Notes: generated from the sequence alone by a model not told the origin. A stretch of 64,000 bases of DNA from Methanomicrobiales archaeon (GCA_037137755.1 JBAXJR010000006.1:19653-83652), one strand, 5' to 3'; counted from the first letter of the stretch, positions 21,720 to 31,982 are shown. Program-made: numbers and translations.

Positions 21720-22559
21720 TTGTACAGGGTTTTAAAGGCGACACAACTTGCTGAACGGGTCAACCAGATGTGGGTATTTGCCCCGCATGTGGCCCACCAC
21801 GCAAAAGCCGGCCAGTTTTTAATTGTCAGGGTTAATGAGTCCGGGGAGCGGATCCCCCTGACTATTTCTGCCGTTGACGGAGATACGGTAAGGATAATTT
21901 TCATGACCGTGGGTAAGACCACTGAACTTCTTGCATCTCTCCGGCAGGGGGACATGATCCGGGATATTGCCGGCCCTCTTGGCCGCCCGAGTGAAGTATC
22001 GAAGTACGGTACCTGTGTAGTCATCGGGGGTGGTGTCGGTATCGCCAGTGCCCCGATTATTGCGAAAGCTGCCAAAGCCGCTGGAAATTATGTTATTGGG
22101 ATCATTGGGGCGAGAAATGCAGGTCTCCTTATCTTAGAGGACGAGATGAGGAAAAGTTGCGATGAGCTTTTTATCACGACTGATGATGGCAGTAAGGGGA
22201 TCCATGGGTTTGCAGCAGATGTGCTGAAGGCAGAGCTTGAAAAACGTTCAATCGACTGTGTATGGATTATCGGTCCGGCGATAATGATGAAGGTCACCTC
22301 AGGGATTACGCGGCCCTACAAGGTGAAAACGTTCGTTTCATTGAACCCGATCATGGTGGACGGTACTGGTATGTGCGGGTCATGCCGCGTCCAGGTTGGG
22401 GGGGTAACCCGGTTTGCCTGCGTGGACGGGCCGGAGTTTGATGCCCATCTTGTTGATTTTGACCTTCTGATGCAGCGGCAGCGGACATACCAGCCCGAAG
22501 AACGTGAGGCGCTGGAATATCATCATGAACACTCCTGTAACTGCAAAGGGGGGACATGA
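21720..22559 (+). CDS. nfnA: NfnA/SudB-like FAD/NAD-binding 2Fe-2S subunit
   Basis: ERIPLTI, GPLGRPS, GGGVG and MVDGTGMCGSCRV...CVDGPEFD. TTG start inferred. Confidence 0.88.
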   Translation: MYRVLKATQLAERVNQMWVFAPHVAHHAKAGQFLIVRVNESGERIPLTISAVDGDTVRIIFMTVGKTTELLASLRQGDMIRDIAGPLGRPSEVSKYGTCVVIGGGVGIASAPIIAKAAKAAGNYVIGIIGARNAGLLILEDEMRKSCDELFITTDDGSKGIHGFAADVLKAELEKRSIDCVWIIGPAIMMKVTSGITRPYKVKTFVSLNPIMVDGTGMCGSCRVQVGGVTRFACVDGPEFDAHLVDFDLLMQRQRTYQPEEREALEYHHEHSCNCKGGT

Positions 22560-23905
22560 TCATGGAAGACCGTCCGGCCGGGCAGAGAGTACATGATTTC
22601 TTTGAGGTTTCACCTGGCCTGTCACCGGATGAAGCCATGCTGGAAGCAGAAAGGTGCCTGCAGTGCAAGAAGCCGAAATGCGTGAACGGGTGTCCGGTTT
22701 GCATCGACATCCCCGCGTTTATCGCAGAGATAGCCCTTGGAAATTTCCGGAACGCTGCAGTGATTATCAAGGCTGAAAATATGCTCCCTGCTGTCTGCGG
22801 CCGTGTCTGTCCACAGGAGACACAATGTGAAGGGCAATGTGTGCTGTCCGGCAAGGAGAAGCCCATCACGATTGGGTCGCTTGAACGGTTTATTGCAGAC
22901 TGGGAGCGTGCTCATGGTACAAGCGTGCCGGAAAAACAGGCATCTACCGGCCACCATGTTGCCGTGGTAGGTTCTGGTCCTGCCGGTTTGACCGCGGCAG
23001 CAGAACTGTCCCGGCTCGGGCATAAGGTCACCCTGTTTGAGTCCCTGCATGAAGCCGGGGGTGTCCTGATGTACGGGATCCCTGAATTCCGGCTGCCGAA
23101 GGAGATTGTGAGGGCAGAAGTGGAACAGGTGCTTGCGATGGGTGTCGAAATCCGGCTCAACCATCTTGCAGGACGGAGTATAACAGTCCCGGAACTGCAG
23201 AAATTTGATGCAGTGTTTCTTGCTACCGGCGCTGGTCTTCCCAACTTCATGGGTATTCCCGGGGAACAACTTAACGGGGTCTATTCAGCAAATGAATTTC
23301 TGACACGGGTGAATTTTATGCATGCTGACCAGTTCCCTGCTTTCGATACCCCGGTAAAAAGGGGCAGTCGCGTAGTGGTTGCAGGTGGCGGGAATGTCGC
23401 AATGGATGCGGCTAGGGTGGCCAGGCGTCTAGGTGCCAGGGTAACGCTTGTATATCGTCGCCGCGAGGAGGACCTTCCGGCAAGAATTGACGAGGTAATC
23501 CATGCCAAAGAAGAAGGCGTTGAGATCCTTGCCTGTGCAAATCCTGTCCGTATTACTGGGGAATCGTGTGTAACCGGCGTCGAATGCGTACAGATGGAGA
23601 TGTGCGCGCTGGATGAAACCGGGAGGCCATCGGCCCGTCCGGTGGACGGATCGATCTTCACTATCGATGCAGACATGTTCATCGAGGCAATCGGCCAGGG
23701 GCCAAACCCGCTCCTGATTTCTGAAATAAAGGGTCTGAAGCGGGAAAATAAGGGGAATGTCGTTGTGGACGGAGACGGAAAGACGACTATCCCCCGTATC
23801 TTCGCAGCAGGGGATGTGGCAACAGGTGCGGCAACTGTAATTCTGGCGATGGGTACTGCTAAAACGGCGGCCAGGGCAATAGACCGGATGTTACGGGAAG
23901 ATTAA
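22556..23905 (+). CDS. nfnB: NfnB/SudA-like (GltD-type) NADPH-dependent oxidoreductase subunit
   Basis: EAERCLQC...CPV, CGRVCPQETQCE, GSGPAGL, YGIPEFRLP and GGGNVAMDAAR; paired with nfnA. Confidence 0.88.
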   Translation: MIMEDRPAGQRVHDFFEVSPGLSPDEAMLEAERCLQCKKPKCVNGCPVCIDIPAFIAEIALGNFRNAAVIIKAENMLPAVCGRVCPQETQCEGQCVLSGKEKPITIGSLERFIADWERAHGTSVPEKQASTGHHVAVVGSGPAGLTAAAELSRLGHKVTLFESLHEAGGVLMYGIPEFRLPKEIVRAEVEQVLAMGVEIRLNHLAGRSITVPELQKFDAVFLATGAGLPNFMGIPGEQLNGVYSANEFLTRVNFMHADQFPAFDTPVKRGSRVVVAGGGNVAMDAARVARRLGARVTLVYRRREEDLPARIDEVIHAKEEGVEILACANPVRITGESCVTGVECVQMEMCALDETGRPSARPVDGSIFTIDADMFIEAIGQGPNPLLISEIKGLKRENKGNVVVDGDGKTTIPRIFAAGDVATGAATVILAMGTAKTAARAIDRMLRED

Positions 23906-24092
23906 GAACCTTTAAATTTTTCCGGTCTTTTATCAACCCCTTCTCAAAAAGAAAACGTGAATCAAACCGTAATTGCCTTTTCCGGGGAATTTCGCATTTT
24001 CATTGGTGCGGGTTATATCGAACCTGTTTTAAGCCGGATATGAAGACGATAATTTTTTTTTTTTTAAATTCGATTGTATTAAATATGTGATA

Positions 24093-25271
24093 TCAGTCAT
24101 AATCCGTCTTGAAATTCCTGATTATACCTTCAAAGATCCCGGTAGCTTTCCCCAGTGCTTCAACGGAAACTCTTTCGTTCACCGCATGGAGGGATGTAAT
24201 TTCCCCCGGTCCATATTCAACAACCCGAAACCCCTCGGTCCGGAGATACCTCGCATCACTCGCTGCCCACATGACAATCGGCTGGGCGGGTAATCCATAA
24301 GCACGTGAGATCTCCTGGCAGGTGACTTCGACGAGTCTGCAATCAGGGCTGGTCATCGAGGGGTCGCTGATACTTACCTGCTCGATGGATGCCCCCGGTG
24401 AATGCCTGGCAATATCAGTGATAAGATCGGGGATTGAGCACCCCCACGGGACCCTGATATCAAGCTGAAGGTCACAATGCTGGGCGACGATATTGGCTTT
24501 CTCTCCCCCTTCGATCCTGCCCGGGTTGAACATGACCCGTCGCAATACATGTTTTGCTTCATCGATGGCCAGGATATCACGGAGGACTGTGGAAGACTGC
24601 TCAATTATGACGTCCACCTCACCCCCCACGTGATATTCATGCCGGTGAATTTTACGTAAATACTCGAGGGTCTGGTACGCCTCCATCACGGCACTGACAC
24701 CGCGGGTCGGGTATAGTGAACCATGGCCTGGCTCTCCACGGAAATGCAAATCAATTCTGCATAGCCCTTTTTCCCCGATATTCGGGTTAAGCTCCGGGCA
24801 TGGTTCTGCGATAATAACGTCGCAGGGGCGGAGGAGATCCTTGGAAAGAACACACCTGATCCCGTAGGTGCCGCTCGTTTCTTCATCACACACGAAAAGG
24901 AAGTCCGCATCAGGTTCAATTCCCTTGTCGAGGAGGCGTTGGTACGAAGACAGGAGTGCCGCACATCCACCTTTCATATCCGTGGAACCTCTCCCGTAGA
25001 GGTATCCCTCATCTATCTCCCCTGAGAACGGCGGGTGACCCCAACCCTCAGCCATCGCCGGTACCACGTCAACATGGCCACAGAGAAGCAGGTGATGGTT
25101 CAGGTGTTTGCTTATAAGGTTGTCCCGGCCTCCACGGTTCCTGATTATATCTGTACGGACACCGAGGCTGTCAAGAAATCCCTTGATGTAATGAATTACT
25201 TCCTCGGTATTTCCTGGTGGGTTTTCACTTTTGATCTTCACCAGTTCCCTGGTGAGGTGCACAACATCCAT
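24093..25271 (-). CDS. M20 family metallohydrolase (ArgE/DapE-like)
   Basis: LCGHVDVVP, YGRGSTDMKGG, DEETSG, IAEP, SDAR and LHAVNE. Start at MDVVHL. Confidence 0.9.
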   Translation of the reverse strand: MDVVHLTRELVKIKSENPPGNTEEVIHYIKGFLDSLGVRTDIIRNRGGRDNLISKHLNHHLLLCGHVDVVPAMAEGWGHPPFSGEIDEGYLYGRGSTDMKGGCAALLSSYQRLLDKGIEPDADFLFVCDEETSGTYGIRCVLSKDLLRPCDVIIAEPCPELNPNIGEKGLCRIDLHFRGEPGHGSLYPTRGVSAVMEAYQTLEYLRKIHRHEYHVGGEVDVIIEQSSTVLRDILAIDEAKHVLRRVMFNPGRIEGGEKANIVAQHCDLQLDIRVPWGCSIPDLITDIARHSPGASIEQVSISDPSMTSPDCRLVEVTCQEISRAYGLPAQPIVMWAASDARYLRTEGFRVVEYGPGEITSLHAVNERVSVEALGKATGIFEGIIRNFKTDYD

Positions 25272-25272
25272 G

Positions 25273-25791
25273 TCATTTCCCGGTGGTGATGGTGTCCCGT
25301 TTAAATTCTTCAAAGAGCACGCTGAGCGAGGCATCGCTGTAAATGCTCTTTAAAAAGTCATTATTAAAAAATTCATCGACAGCCTTCGCAAAGAATGCGG
25401 CAGGCAGCGGACTGGTCTGGTCAGGGTCGATAACAATCCGGAAACTCCGGTAATCCGCCCTGGTTTCACGGTCATAGATTACCTGCCAGAGAAAAGGAAG
25501 CCGGTCAAACCTTTCGGGGTGAAATTCTTTTAACCAGTTGATGAAGCTCCTGAAATGGGCCCGGTCACCTTTCTTTTCTTCGTCTATCCTCCAGCGAAGG
25601 TATTCTCCTGACATGACATTCCTGGGTGACGTATAGGTATAGGTCAGGAGGCCGAGGGTATAGTCGATATGGGCCAGGGCATCAATAAAATAAAATTTCA
25701 GGACCGGGTGGAACATTGCGGTATCATGAAGGACCAGGCTCTTATTGTAGAGGTATTCCATGATATTTGCATATTCTTTTACATCACTCAT
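25273..25791 (-). CDS. Hypothetical protein
   Basis: 172-aa ORF with protein-like composition, abutting the M20 gene; no motif recognised. Confidence 0.75.
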   Translation of the reverse strand: MSDVKEYANIMEYLYNKSLVLHDTAMFHPVLKFYFIDALAHIDYTLGLLTYTYTSPRNVMSGEYLRWRIDEEKKGDRAHFRSFINWLKEFHPERFDRLPFLWQVIYDRETRADYRSFRIVIDPDQTSPLPAAFFAKAVDEFFNNDFLKSIYSDASLSVLFEEFKRDTITTGK

Positions 25792-25902
25792 ACGCTTGCT
25801 ATTAGCCCGTGAAATCGTATAAAAATTCCGGATATTCCCTTGCAGACTGGATTAACTGCAGGTACCCTGCAGGCAGAATGCCCCCTTGTGCGGGTATATC
25901 CC

Positions 25903-26781
25903 TCACTGATAAAAAGGGGCCCGCCTTTTAACTGCCTCTATGAAGGCATTCTCCAGGTCGATCCCTGTTTTACCCCTGATATTGACATGGTTGTCAGCCC
26001 TCAGGAGGCATGGTTTGAGGTTCCCGTCCGATGTGACTCGCAACCTGTTGCAGAATGCGCAGAATTCGGTATTGTGGAGGGGCCTTACCACTTCAATCTC
26101 TGCCCCGTCCAGGCAGTATTTTTTCCGGTGATGCATTCTGCGGGTCAGGATAACTTTTGATCTGCCGGCCAGGTCCTCTTCCAGGGCTGCCAGATCAGAA
26201 TGACATTCGCAACCCCCGAGGCTCATAAGTTCTATCAACTGGAGGATCAGGTTGCGGTTGTTCCGGATATACGCGTAAAAATCCTCAAGCTCGTGATCAT
26301 TGATCCCCCGGAGCATGACCATGTTTAATTTGACAGGGGTGAGACCTGCCTCGAGTGCGGCATCAATACCGGACAATACATCCGACAACCTGTCACTGCC
26401 GGTGATTTTTTTATAGGTCTCCGGGTTCAGACTGTCAAGTGAAATATTTACCCGTGACATACCTGCATCTTTTAATTCCCCTGCATGATCCGCCAGGAGA
26501 ATCCCGTTCGTCGTAATAGAACTCTCCATTGAATCCGGTACCAGCCGCACGATATCAACAAGGTCTTCCCGTAATAATGGTTCCCCACCCGTGAATTTTA
26601 CACTTCTGATATCAAATTTTGCAGCGGTTGAAAGGACATCGCCAATTTCCCTAGTACTAAGCGGCTGCTGTGGTGCCTGCTCCCCCTCCCGGTGGCAATA
26701 GATGCAGGAAAGGTTGCATTCCGGGGTCACACTAACGCGAAGGTTGCTGACCGGCCTGTTATATGGGTCCTTCAGTTTCAT
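25903..26781 (-). CDS. moaA: GTP 3',8-cyclase MoaA
   Basis: LRVSVTPECNLSCIYCHREG radical SAM motif, TGGEPLLR and C-terminal FCAFCNRLRVT...KPCL. Confidence 0.94.
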   Translation of the reverse strand: MKLKDPYNRPVSNLRVSVTPECNLSCIYCHREGEQAPQQPLSTREIGDVLSTAAKFDIRSVKFTGGEPLLREDLVDIVRLVPDSMESSITTNGILLADHAGELKDAGMSRVNISLDSLNPETYKKITGSDRLSDVLSGIDAALEAGLTPVKLNMVMLRGINDHELEDFYAYIRNNRNLILQLIELMSLGGCECHSDLAALEEDLAGRSKVILTRRMHHRKKYCLDGAEIEVVRPLHNTEFCAFCNRLRVTSDGNLKPCLLRADNHVNIRGKTGIDLENAFIEAVKRRAPFYQ

Positions 26782-27397
26782 TTGAGCCGTTATTCAGGGT
26801 TTCGCTGTTCCATTCGCGTCCAATAAAGTTTTTTGCCACGATATAGATCTCAGTACTGCCTTTTCGTGAGGATTTGGGACGGAACGTCCTCACAGAGAGA
26901 AAATGATCCCGCACCTGGTAGAGGAGGGTGTTAAAGTCCTGTCCCTGGAATGACTTGACAACAAAATTACCGCCAGGTTTTAAGATCTTTTCTGCGAATA
27001 AAAGAGCGTGCTCTCCGAGCTCAATGGCCCGCGCCTGGTCGTATGTTTTCTGGCCTGACAATTTTGGTGAGGCATCGGACAACACAACGCTTGTAAATGG
27101 CAGGTATGGCCTTATTTCTTCAATTATATTAGGGTTCGTAAAATCCCCGGTAAATGTCATGACATTTTCTATCGGTGGGACGTACGAGAGATCAATACCC
27201 ACAACAATCCCATCCGTGAGTTCACGTTCTACCTGGAGCCAGCTTCCTGGTGATGCCCCAAGGTCTACGACATTGTCTGTCTCCCGGATAATGTGATACT
27301 TCTCCTGTATCTCCCGTAATTTGTACGCTGCACGGGAGCGGTAACCCTCTTTTAATGCCCGCACATAGACCTTGTCCCTTCCCCATTGTGAACCCAT
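26759..27397 (-). CDS. rlmE: 23S rRNA Um2552 2'-O-methyltransferase (RlmE/FtsJ)
   Basis: GYRSRAAYKL, VDLGASPGSW, SDASP, FVVKSFQG and SSRKGSTEIY. Confidence 0.95.
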   Translation of the reverse strand: MGSQWGRDKVYVRALKEGYRSRAAYKLREIQEKYHIIRETDNVVDLGASPGSWLQVERELTDGIVVGIDLSYVPPIENVMTFTGDFTNPNIIEEIRPYLPFTSVVLSDASPKLSGQKTYDQARAIELGEHALLFAEKILKPGGNFVVKSFQGQDFNTLLYQVRDHFLSVRTFRPKSSRKGSTEIYIVAKNFIGREWNSETLNNGSNETEGPI

Positions 27398-27494
27398 AGT
27401 GCCCGTCCATGCCTGCCCTCTTTAAGGGCTTAAAACTAAATCAGATATTATTAAAAATATGAGCGATAGTTTATATTAGTGATATTCGGGGTGC

Positions 27495-28241
27495 GTGATG
27501 TTAAAAGCAACGATTGATGCAGATGTCCTAAAAGAATCTATAGATGCCATCTCGGCACTGGTTACCGAGTGCAGGCTCCATACTGATGAGAATGGGATCA
27601 GCACACGCGCGGTTGATACAGCAAACGTCGCAATGATCTCCTTACTTCTGAAAAAAGAAGCATTTTCATCGTTTGCAGCGACAAGGAGCGAGCTTGGGAT
27701 CGATATTGCCAAGATGAAAAATATTTTCGGGATGATGGCCAAGAACGATCTGATTACCCTCGAACTGACCGATGATATCCATAAGTTGAAGGTCAGTTTC
27801 CAGGGGTACAAATATTCTATTACCCTCCTCGATGAGAATACAATACGAAAAGACCCGAATCCTCCAACGATAGAACTTCCAGGAAAGGTCGCAATCCCGG
27901 GAGCTGATCTCAATTCAGCAATTAAGGCTGCGGCAGTTGTTTCCGATAAGCTGGCGCTCGGCATCGATGCTGCGAAACAGATCTTCTTCATGGCAGCTGA
28001 GGGGGACACGGATCACATCAGGCGTGAATTCGGAAAAGATGAAGTCAGCTTCATTAACGGTGTGGAAGCCAAATCTCTCTTTTCTCTGGATTATTTAAAA
28101 GATATGGGGAAAGTTATGAGCCGTGCAGACGAAGTTGAGATCCACCTTGGAGTCGATCATCCTGTCAAGTTCTCCTTCAATATCGCGGGTGGTAACGGTC
28201 ATGTCGAGTACCTCCTCGCACCACGGATTGAGGCCGACTAA
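27495..28241 (+). CDS. pcn: DNA polymerase sliding clamp PCNA
   Basis: RAVDTANVAMI, FSLDYL and C-terminal YLLAPRIE. Confidence 0.96.
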   Translation: MMLKATIDADVLKESIDAISALVTECRLHTDENGISTRAVDTANVAMISLLLKKEAFSSFAATRSELGIDIAKMKNIFGMMAKNDLITLELTDDIHKLKVSFQGYKYSITLLDENTIRKDPNPPTIELPGKVAIPGADLNSAIKAAAVVSDKLALGIDAAKQIFFMAAEGDTDHIRREFGKDEVSFINGVEAKSLFSLDYLKDMGKVMSRADEVEIHLGVDHPVKFSFNIAGGNGHVEYLLAPRIEAD

Positions 28242-29408
28242 ATGCGGGTCCGAATCGATGAAAAAGATTTTATTAACTATCCATTTTTAAAAGAGTCACA
28301 AAATTTTGTGAGTAGTTACGCGGGTTCTCCCGAACACTTTCTTGGTACCTCTATGGGGAATGTTGCCCTTACCCAGGCAAAAGACCGAATTCTCTCTGCT
28401 ATTTCCGGAAGGTCTGGCCAAAAGCCTGCTGCTCTTCCGGCATTTCCAACAGATAGTGAAGGTATCAAAGTGGTAGTTTCCGGTTATGCTCTTGCCCGGG
28501 TGATCATCTCCTGCATGAAAGACCGGATGATTATTGATCGCTTCACCCGCAACGAGGCTCAAAAAGCTTACGAGTGCCTCATTGACGAGGAGCCTGGGAA
28601 AAAATTATTTATCGCAACAAGTCTTGGATTAGATATAGGCACTGATGAAGTGCCACTTGTACCCTATGTTGAACTATCGGCAGGGATGCGGGAAGAACGC
28701 TGGAGACTTGTGAACCGGGATATTGACAACGGGATGGTGAAGATAAAAAAAAATGAGACAGACGAGATACTGCGTGAATCTATCCGGGTTACTATCAGCA
28801 GGAATCTCCCGCTACCAATCCCCGCAGGAATCTGTGAGGTACTTGCACCTGTCGTAAAAGAAATCAGCGCTGCTGAACAACAACACCTGCTGGAACAGTT
28901 TGGGTCTGTGGAAGAGCCCTGTTTTCCCCCGTGCATGCAGGCCTTGATTACGGCCCTTTCTGCCGGAACAAATATCTCGCACCCCGGACGGTTCGCACTT
29001 ACGGCGTTTCTTCACAATATCGGCATGAACTCTTCTGATATTATCGGCCTTTATTGCAGGGCCCCGGATTTCGATCTCAGCCGGACTATGTACCAGGTTG
29101 AGCATATTTCCGGGCGGGGTGGAACAGAATATACTGCACCCTCCTGTGCGGCCATGAGGACGACTGGTGTCTGTGTGAAAAAGGACCTGCTTTGTGAACG
29201 CATAAGTCATCCGTTGAATTATTACAAGCAAAAGAAGAGAAGAGACCGGAAACCTGCTCCTGTTTTATCAGGTGATATGCTTGTTGATCGTAACCCCGGC
29301 GGCGCTCATCGCGAGAAGGAAGCAGGCAATAGCGAGAATATACGCGATTCCCGCGGGCATCAGCAGGGGGAGCATGATCAGGAGTACAATAAAAAAAACC
29401 AGGCCTGA
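28242..29408 (+). CDS. priL: DNA primase large subunit
   Basis: YPFL, WRLVNR, FPPCM, HPGRFAL, YQVEHISG, PSC and HPLNYY Fe-S domain. The C-terminal tail overlaps a convergent small gene. Confidence 0.93.
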   Translation: MRVRIDEKDFINYPFLKESQNFVSSYAGSPEHFLGTSMGNVALTQAKDRILSAISGRSGQKPAALPAFPTDSEGIKVVVSGYALARVIISCMKDRMIIDRFTRNEAQKAYECLIDEEPGKKLFIATSLGLDIGTDEVPLVPYVELSAGMREERWRLVNRDIDNGMVKIKKNETDEILRESIRVTISRNLPLPIPAGICEVLAPVVKEISAAEQQHLLEQFGSVEEPCFPPCMQALITALSAGTNISHPGRFALTAFLHNIGMNSSDIIGLYCRAPDFDLSRTMYQVEHISGRGGTEYTAPSCAAMRTTGVCVKKDLLCERISHPLNYYKQKKRRDRKPAPVLSGDMLVDRNPGGAHREKEAGNSENIRDSRGHQQGEHDQEYNKKNQA

Positions 29409-29444
29409 TAAGCCCACGAGTATATCAAGAAGTCTTAAGTCCAT
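29268..29444 (-). CDS. Small membrane protein (58 aa, not in ORF track)
   Basis: Manual translation MDLRLLDILVGLSGLVFFIVLLIMLPLLMPAGIAYILAIACFLLAMSAAGVTINKHIT*; two hydrophobic helices, ATG start. Confidence 0.7.
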   Translation of the reverse strand: MDLRLLDILVGLSGLVFFIVLLIMLPLLMPAGIAYILAIACFLLAMSAAGVTINKHIT

Positions 29445-29550
29445 ATATGATATTCAACCGGGCGTCCTATATCTTTAACCATGGACTCTTGGTATGCATC
29501 ATGGATTTGGTGGTATCCTGCCGGTTGACAGGGTGCAAGGGGGTTGAAAT

Positions 29551-30078
29551 GTGCTAAGCGATGAAAGATCCGCCATACTTGAGAACTTATTATCCGTCGC
29601 GGCGCGTCTTCAGTACAATATTTCCCAAAATCTCGTCCCGCCAGGTGGTGTGCAGCTGGCGTATGCCCGGAAAGGTGCAAGGGACGATTCGGGTATAGCC
29701 TGCGTGCGGGGTGGGCTATGCATGGAAAATAAAAAGTCTGACCCCCCATCAGCCGGATTTGGTGATGGTGGCATGATTGCAACGGTCCTTCTCACCGCAA
29801 TGAAATTTGACCCCGGTATCAGGAGCGCAGCGATAATTGCATGCACACCCGCCGCGTTGAAAATGATGGAAGGGAGATTTCTGGAGATTTGTTCCTTTGA
29901 TCACCGCAAGGAACCCCCCGGAATAAGCACGATGGACTGGGGTGTTGCCCAGTGTTGCCGCGATGGTGTACCGGATGCGATTTTCAGCCGGCGCACCGGG
30001 GATACCCCGGCGATTATCAGGCTTTTTGGAGAAGATCCACAGGGAATTGCAAATAATATTCTTATGCTATCAGTGTGA
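29551..30078 (+). CDS. ThiN-like thiamine-phosphate synthase family domain protein
   Basis: LLTAMKFDPGIRSAAII, SFDHRKEP, TMDWG, VPDAIF and IRLFGEDP resemble the ThiN domain. Confidence 0.75.
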   Translation: MLSDERSAILENLLSVAARLQYNISQNLVPPGGVQLAYARKGARDDSGIACVRGGLCMENKKSDPPSAGFGDGGMIATVLLTAMKFDPGIRSAAIIACTPAALKMMEGRFLEICSFDHRKEPPGISTMDWGVAQCCRDGVPDAIFSRRTGDTPAIIRLFGEDPQGIANNILMLSV

Positions 30079-30110
30079 CTAATATTAGCACAAACCTGAG
30101 GAATGTCAAC

Positions 30111-30302
30111 ATGGGAATCAAGCCATCATATATTAAATCAACCGGAGCCGAGCTTATTACGAGATTCGGCGATAAAATGTCCAATAATTTTGATGAGAAC
30201 AAGCAGGTCGTTACCGATATGACTTCAATATCAAGTAAACGTGTAAGAAACCGGGTGGCCGGGTACATTACACGGAAAATAAATACCGGAAGACACTCAT
30301 AA
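30111..30302 (+). CDS. rps17e: 30S ribosomal protein S17e
   Basis: MGIKPSYIK...FDENK...SKRVRNRVAGYITRK. Confidence 0.95.
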   Translation: MGIKPSYIKSTGAELITRFGDKMSNNFDENKQVVTDMTSISSKRVRNRVAGYITRKINTGRHS

Positions 30303-30310
30303 AACTTATT

Positions 30311-31210
30311 ATGTTTGAGGGAGTTCTTCCTGCGATTATAACCCCTTTTAAAAGAAATTCCACGATGGATCTGGACCTTGAGGGTCTGAGATCAAACATC
30401 GCATTTCTCCTGGAGCAGGGTGTACATGGTATCGTACCTTGTGGTTCGACTGGTGAATCAGCCACGCTCAGCTTTGAAGAGCATGAGCAGGTAATCGAGG
30501 TCACGATAGATGAAGTTGATGGCAGGGTTCCGGTTCTTGCAGGTACCGGGTCAAATAACACTGCCGAAGCGATCAGGTTTACGGAAGCTGCCAAGGACCT
30601 CGGGGCAGATGGCGCACTTGTCATAAGCCCGTATTACAACAAGCCGAACCGTTCAGGGTTGATCAAGCATTACACGAGGATTGCCGATATCGAAATCCCT
30701 ATTGTAATGTATAACGTCCCTGGACGGACCGGACAGAACCTTCCCGCAGACCTTGTCATTGAACTTGCCCAACACCCCAATATCGTTGGGATCAAGGAAG
30801 CAAGCCAAGGGTACTGTGGATCATCAGATTCCGGTATTACCCAGGTTTCCCGGATTATCGAAGGGACCCTCGATGAAGACTTCATGGTAATTTCTGGTGA
30901 TGACGGTCTTACTTTCCCGGTCCTCTGCCTTGGCGGGGGAGGGGTAATATCAGTCGCAGCTAATGTTGAGCCGGCCCTGATGGTCAAAATGTTTGACCAT
31001 TTCTGTGAAGGGGAGCTCGCAGAAGCACTCGACCTTCATTACGCATTATCCCCATTGTTCAGGGGAATGTTTATTGATACCAACCCGATCCCGGTGAAAA
31101 AGGCGGTCCAGCTCTGCGGCATGGCCGGTGGCCCGGTACGACCGCCCCTTGATGACCTTGATGTGGCACGAACCGCAAAACTCCAGGAGGTCCTCGATAT
31201 TTATGCCTAG
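30311..31210 (+). CDS. dapA: 4-hydroxy-tetrahydrodipicolinate synthase
   Basis: AIITPF, GSTGESATL, PYYNKP, YNVPGRTG, GIKEAS, SGDD and TNPIPVK. Confidence 0.96.
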   Translation: MFEGVLPAIITPFKRNSTMDLDLEGLRSNIAFLLEQGVHGIVPCGSTGESATLSFEEHEQVIEVTIDEVDGRVPVLAGTGSNNTAEAIRFTEAAKDLGADGALVISPYYNKPNRSGLIKHYTRIADIEIPIVMYNVPGRTGQNLPADLVIELAQHPNIVGIKEASQGYCGSSDSGITQVSRIIEGTLDEDFMVISGDDGLTFPVLCLGGGGVISVAANVEPALMVKMFDHFCEGELAEALDLHYALSPLFRGMFIDTNPIPVKKAVQLCGMAGGPVRPPLDDLDVARTAKLQEVLDIYA

Positions 31211-31982
31211 TGTTGTTGTATGCGGGGCGCTCGGGCGAATGGGGATGACAATCGGGCGGATGGTGAATGAATCGGAAGACCTTGACCTCGTGGGGGGCAT
31301 CGATATCAAACCCGGGTCATTTTTCGGAGCCGAGGTTGTCGAATCCTCGCAGTTATCAAGGCTTCTTGAAGAGAAGCGGCCTGATATATTAATAGATTTC
31401 ACCGTTGCAGATGCTGCAGTCCAGAATGTGAAGATGGGTGTCAAAGCCGGCACTGCCCTTGTTATCGGTACTACCGGTTTTACTCTCACCCAGCGTGCTG
31501 AAATGGCCGCCGCAATAAACGGGAATGTCCCGGCGGTTATCTCAAGCAATTATAGCATCGGGGTGAACATATTCTGGCAGCTCATCCGTGATGCGGCGCC
31601 GCTACTCGCCGATTATGACATAGAGGTAACGGAGGCGCATCACCGGTATAAGAAGGACTCGCCGAGTGGCACAGCCCGCACAATCCTTCAGATCCTTGAT
31701 GAGGAACTCGGTGAACGCAGGAAACAATATGGCCGCGAAGGAATGAAGGAGAGGGAAAAATCCGAGATCGGGGTCCATGTTATCAGGGGCGGGGATATTG
31801 TTGGTGACCATTCAGTGATGTTTTCCGGTAATTTCGAAACGATTACACTCTCCCATCGTGCGTACGACCGCTCGGTATTTGCACAGGGAGCGCTGCGGGC
31901 GGCACGCTGGGTCGTCTCCCGGGATCCGGGTATCTACGGGATGGACGAAGTCCTCAACCTCAAAAGAAAAACAGCCAGTTAA
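31203..31982 (+). CDS. dapB: 4-hydroxy-tetrahydrodipicolinate reductase
   Basis: GALGRMG, IDFT, IGTTG, EAHHRYKKDSPSGTA and RGGDIVGDH. Confidence 0.96.
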   Translation: MPSVVVCGALGRMGMTIGRMVNESEDLDLVGGIDIKPGSFFGAEVVESSQLSRLLEEKRPDILIDFTVADAAVQNVKMGVKAGTALVIGTTGFTLTQRAEMAAAINGNVPAVISSNYSIGVNIFWQLIRDAAPLLADYDIEVTEAHHRYKKDSPSGTARTILQILDEELGERRKQYGREGMKEREKSEIGVHVIRGGDIVGDHSVMFSGNFETITLSHRAYDRSVFAQGALRAARWVVSRDPGIYGMDEVLNLKRKTAS

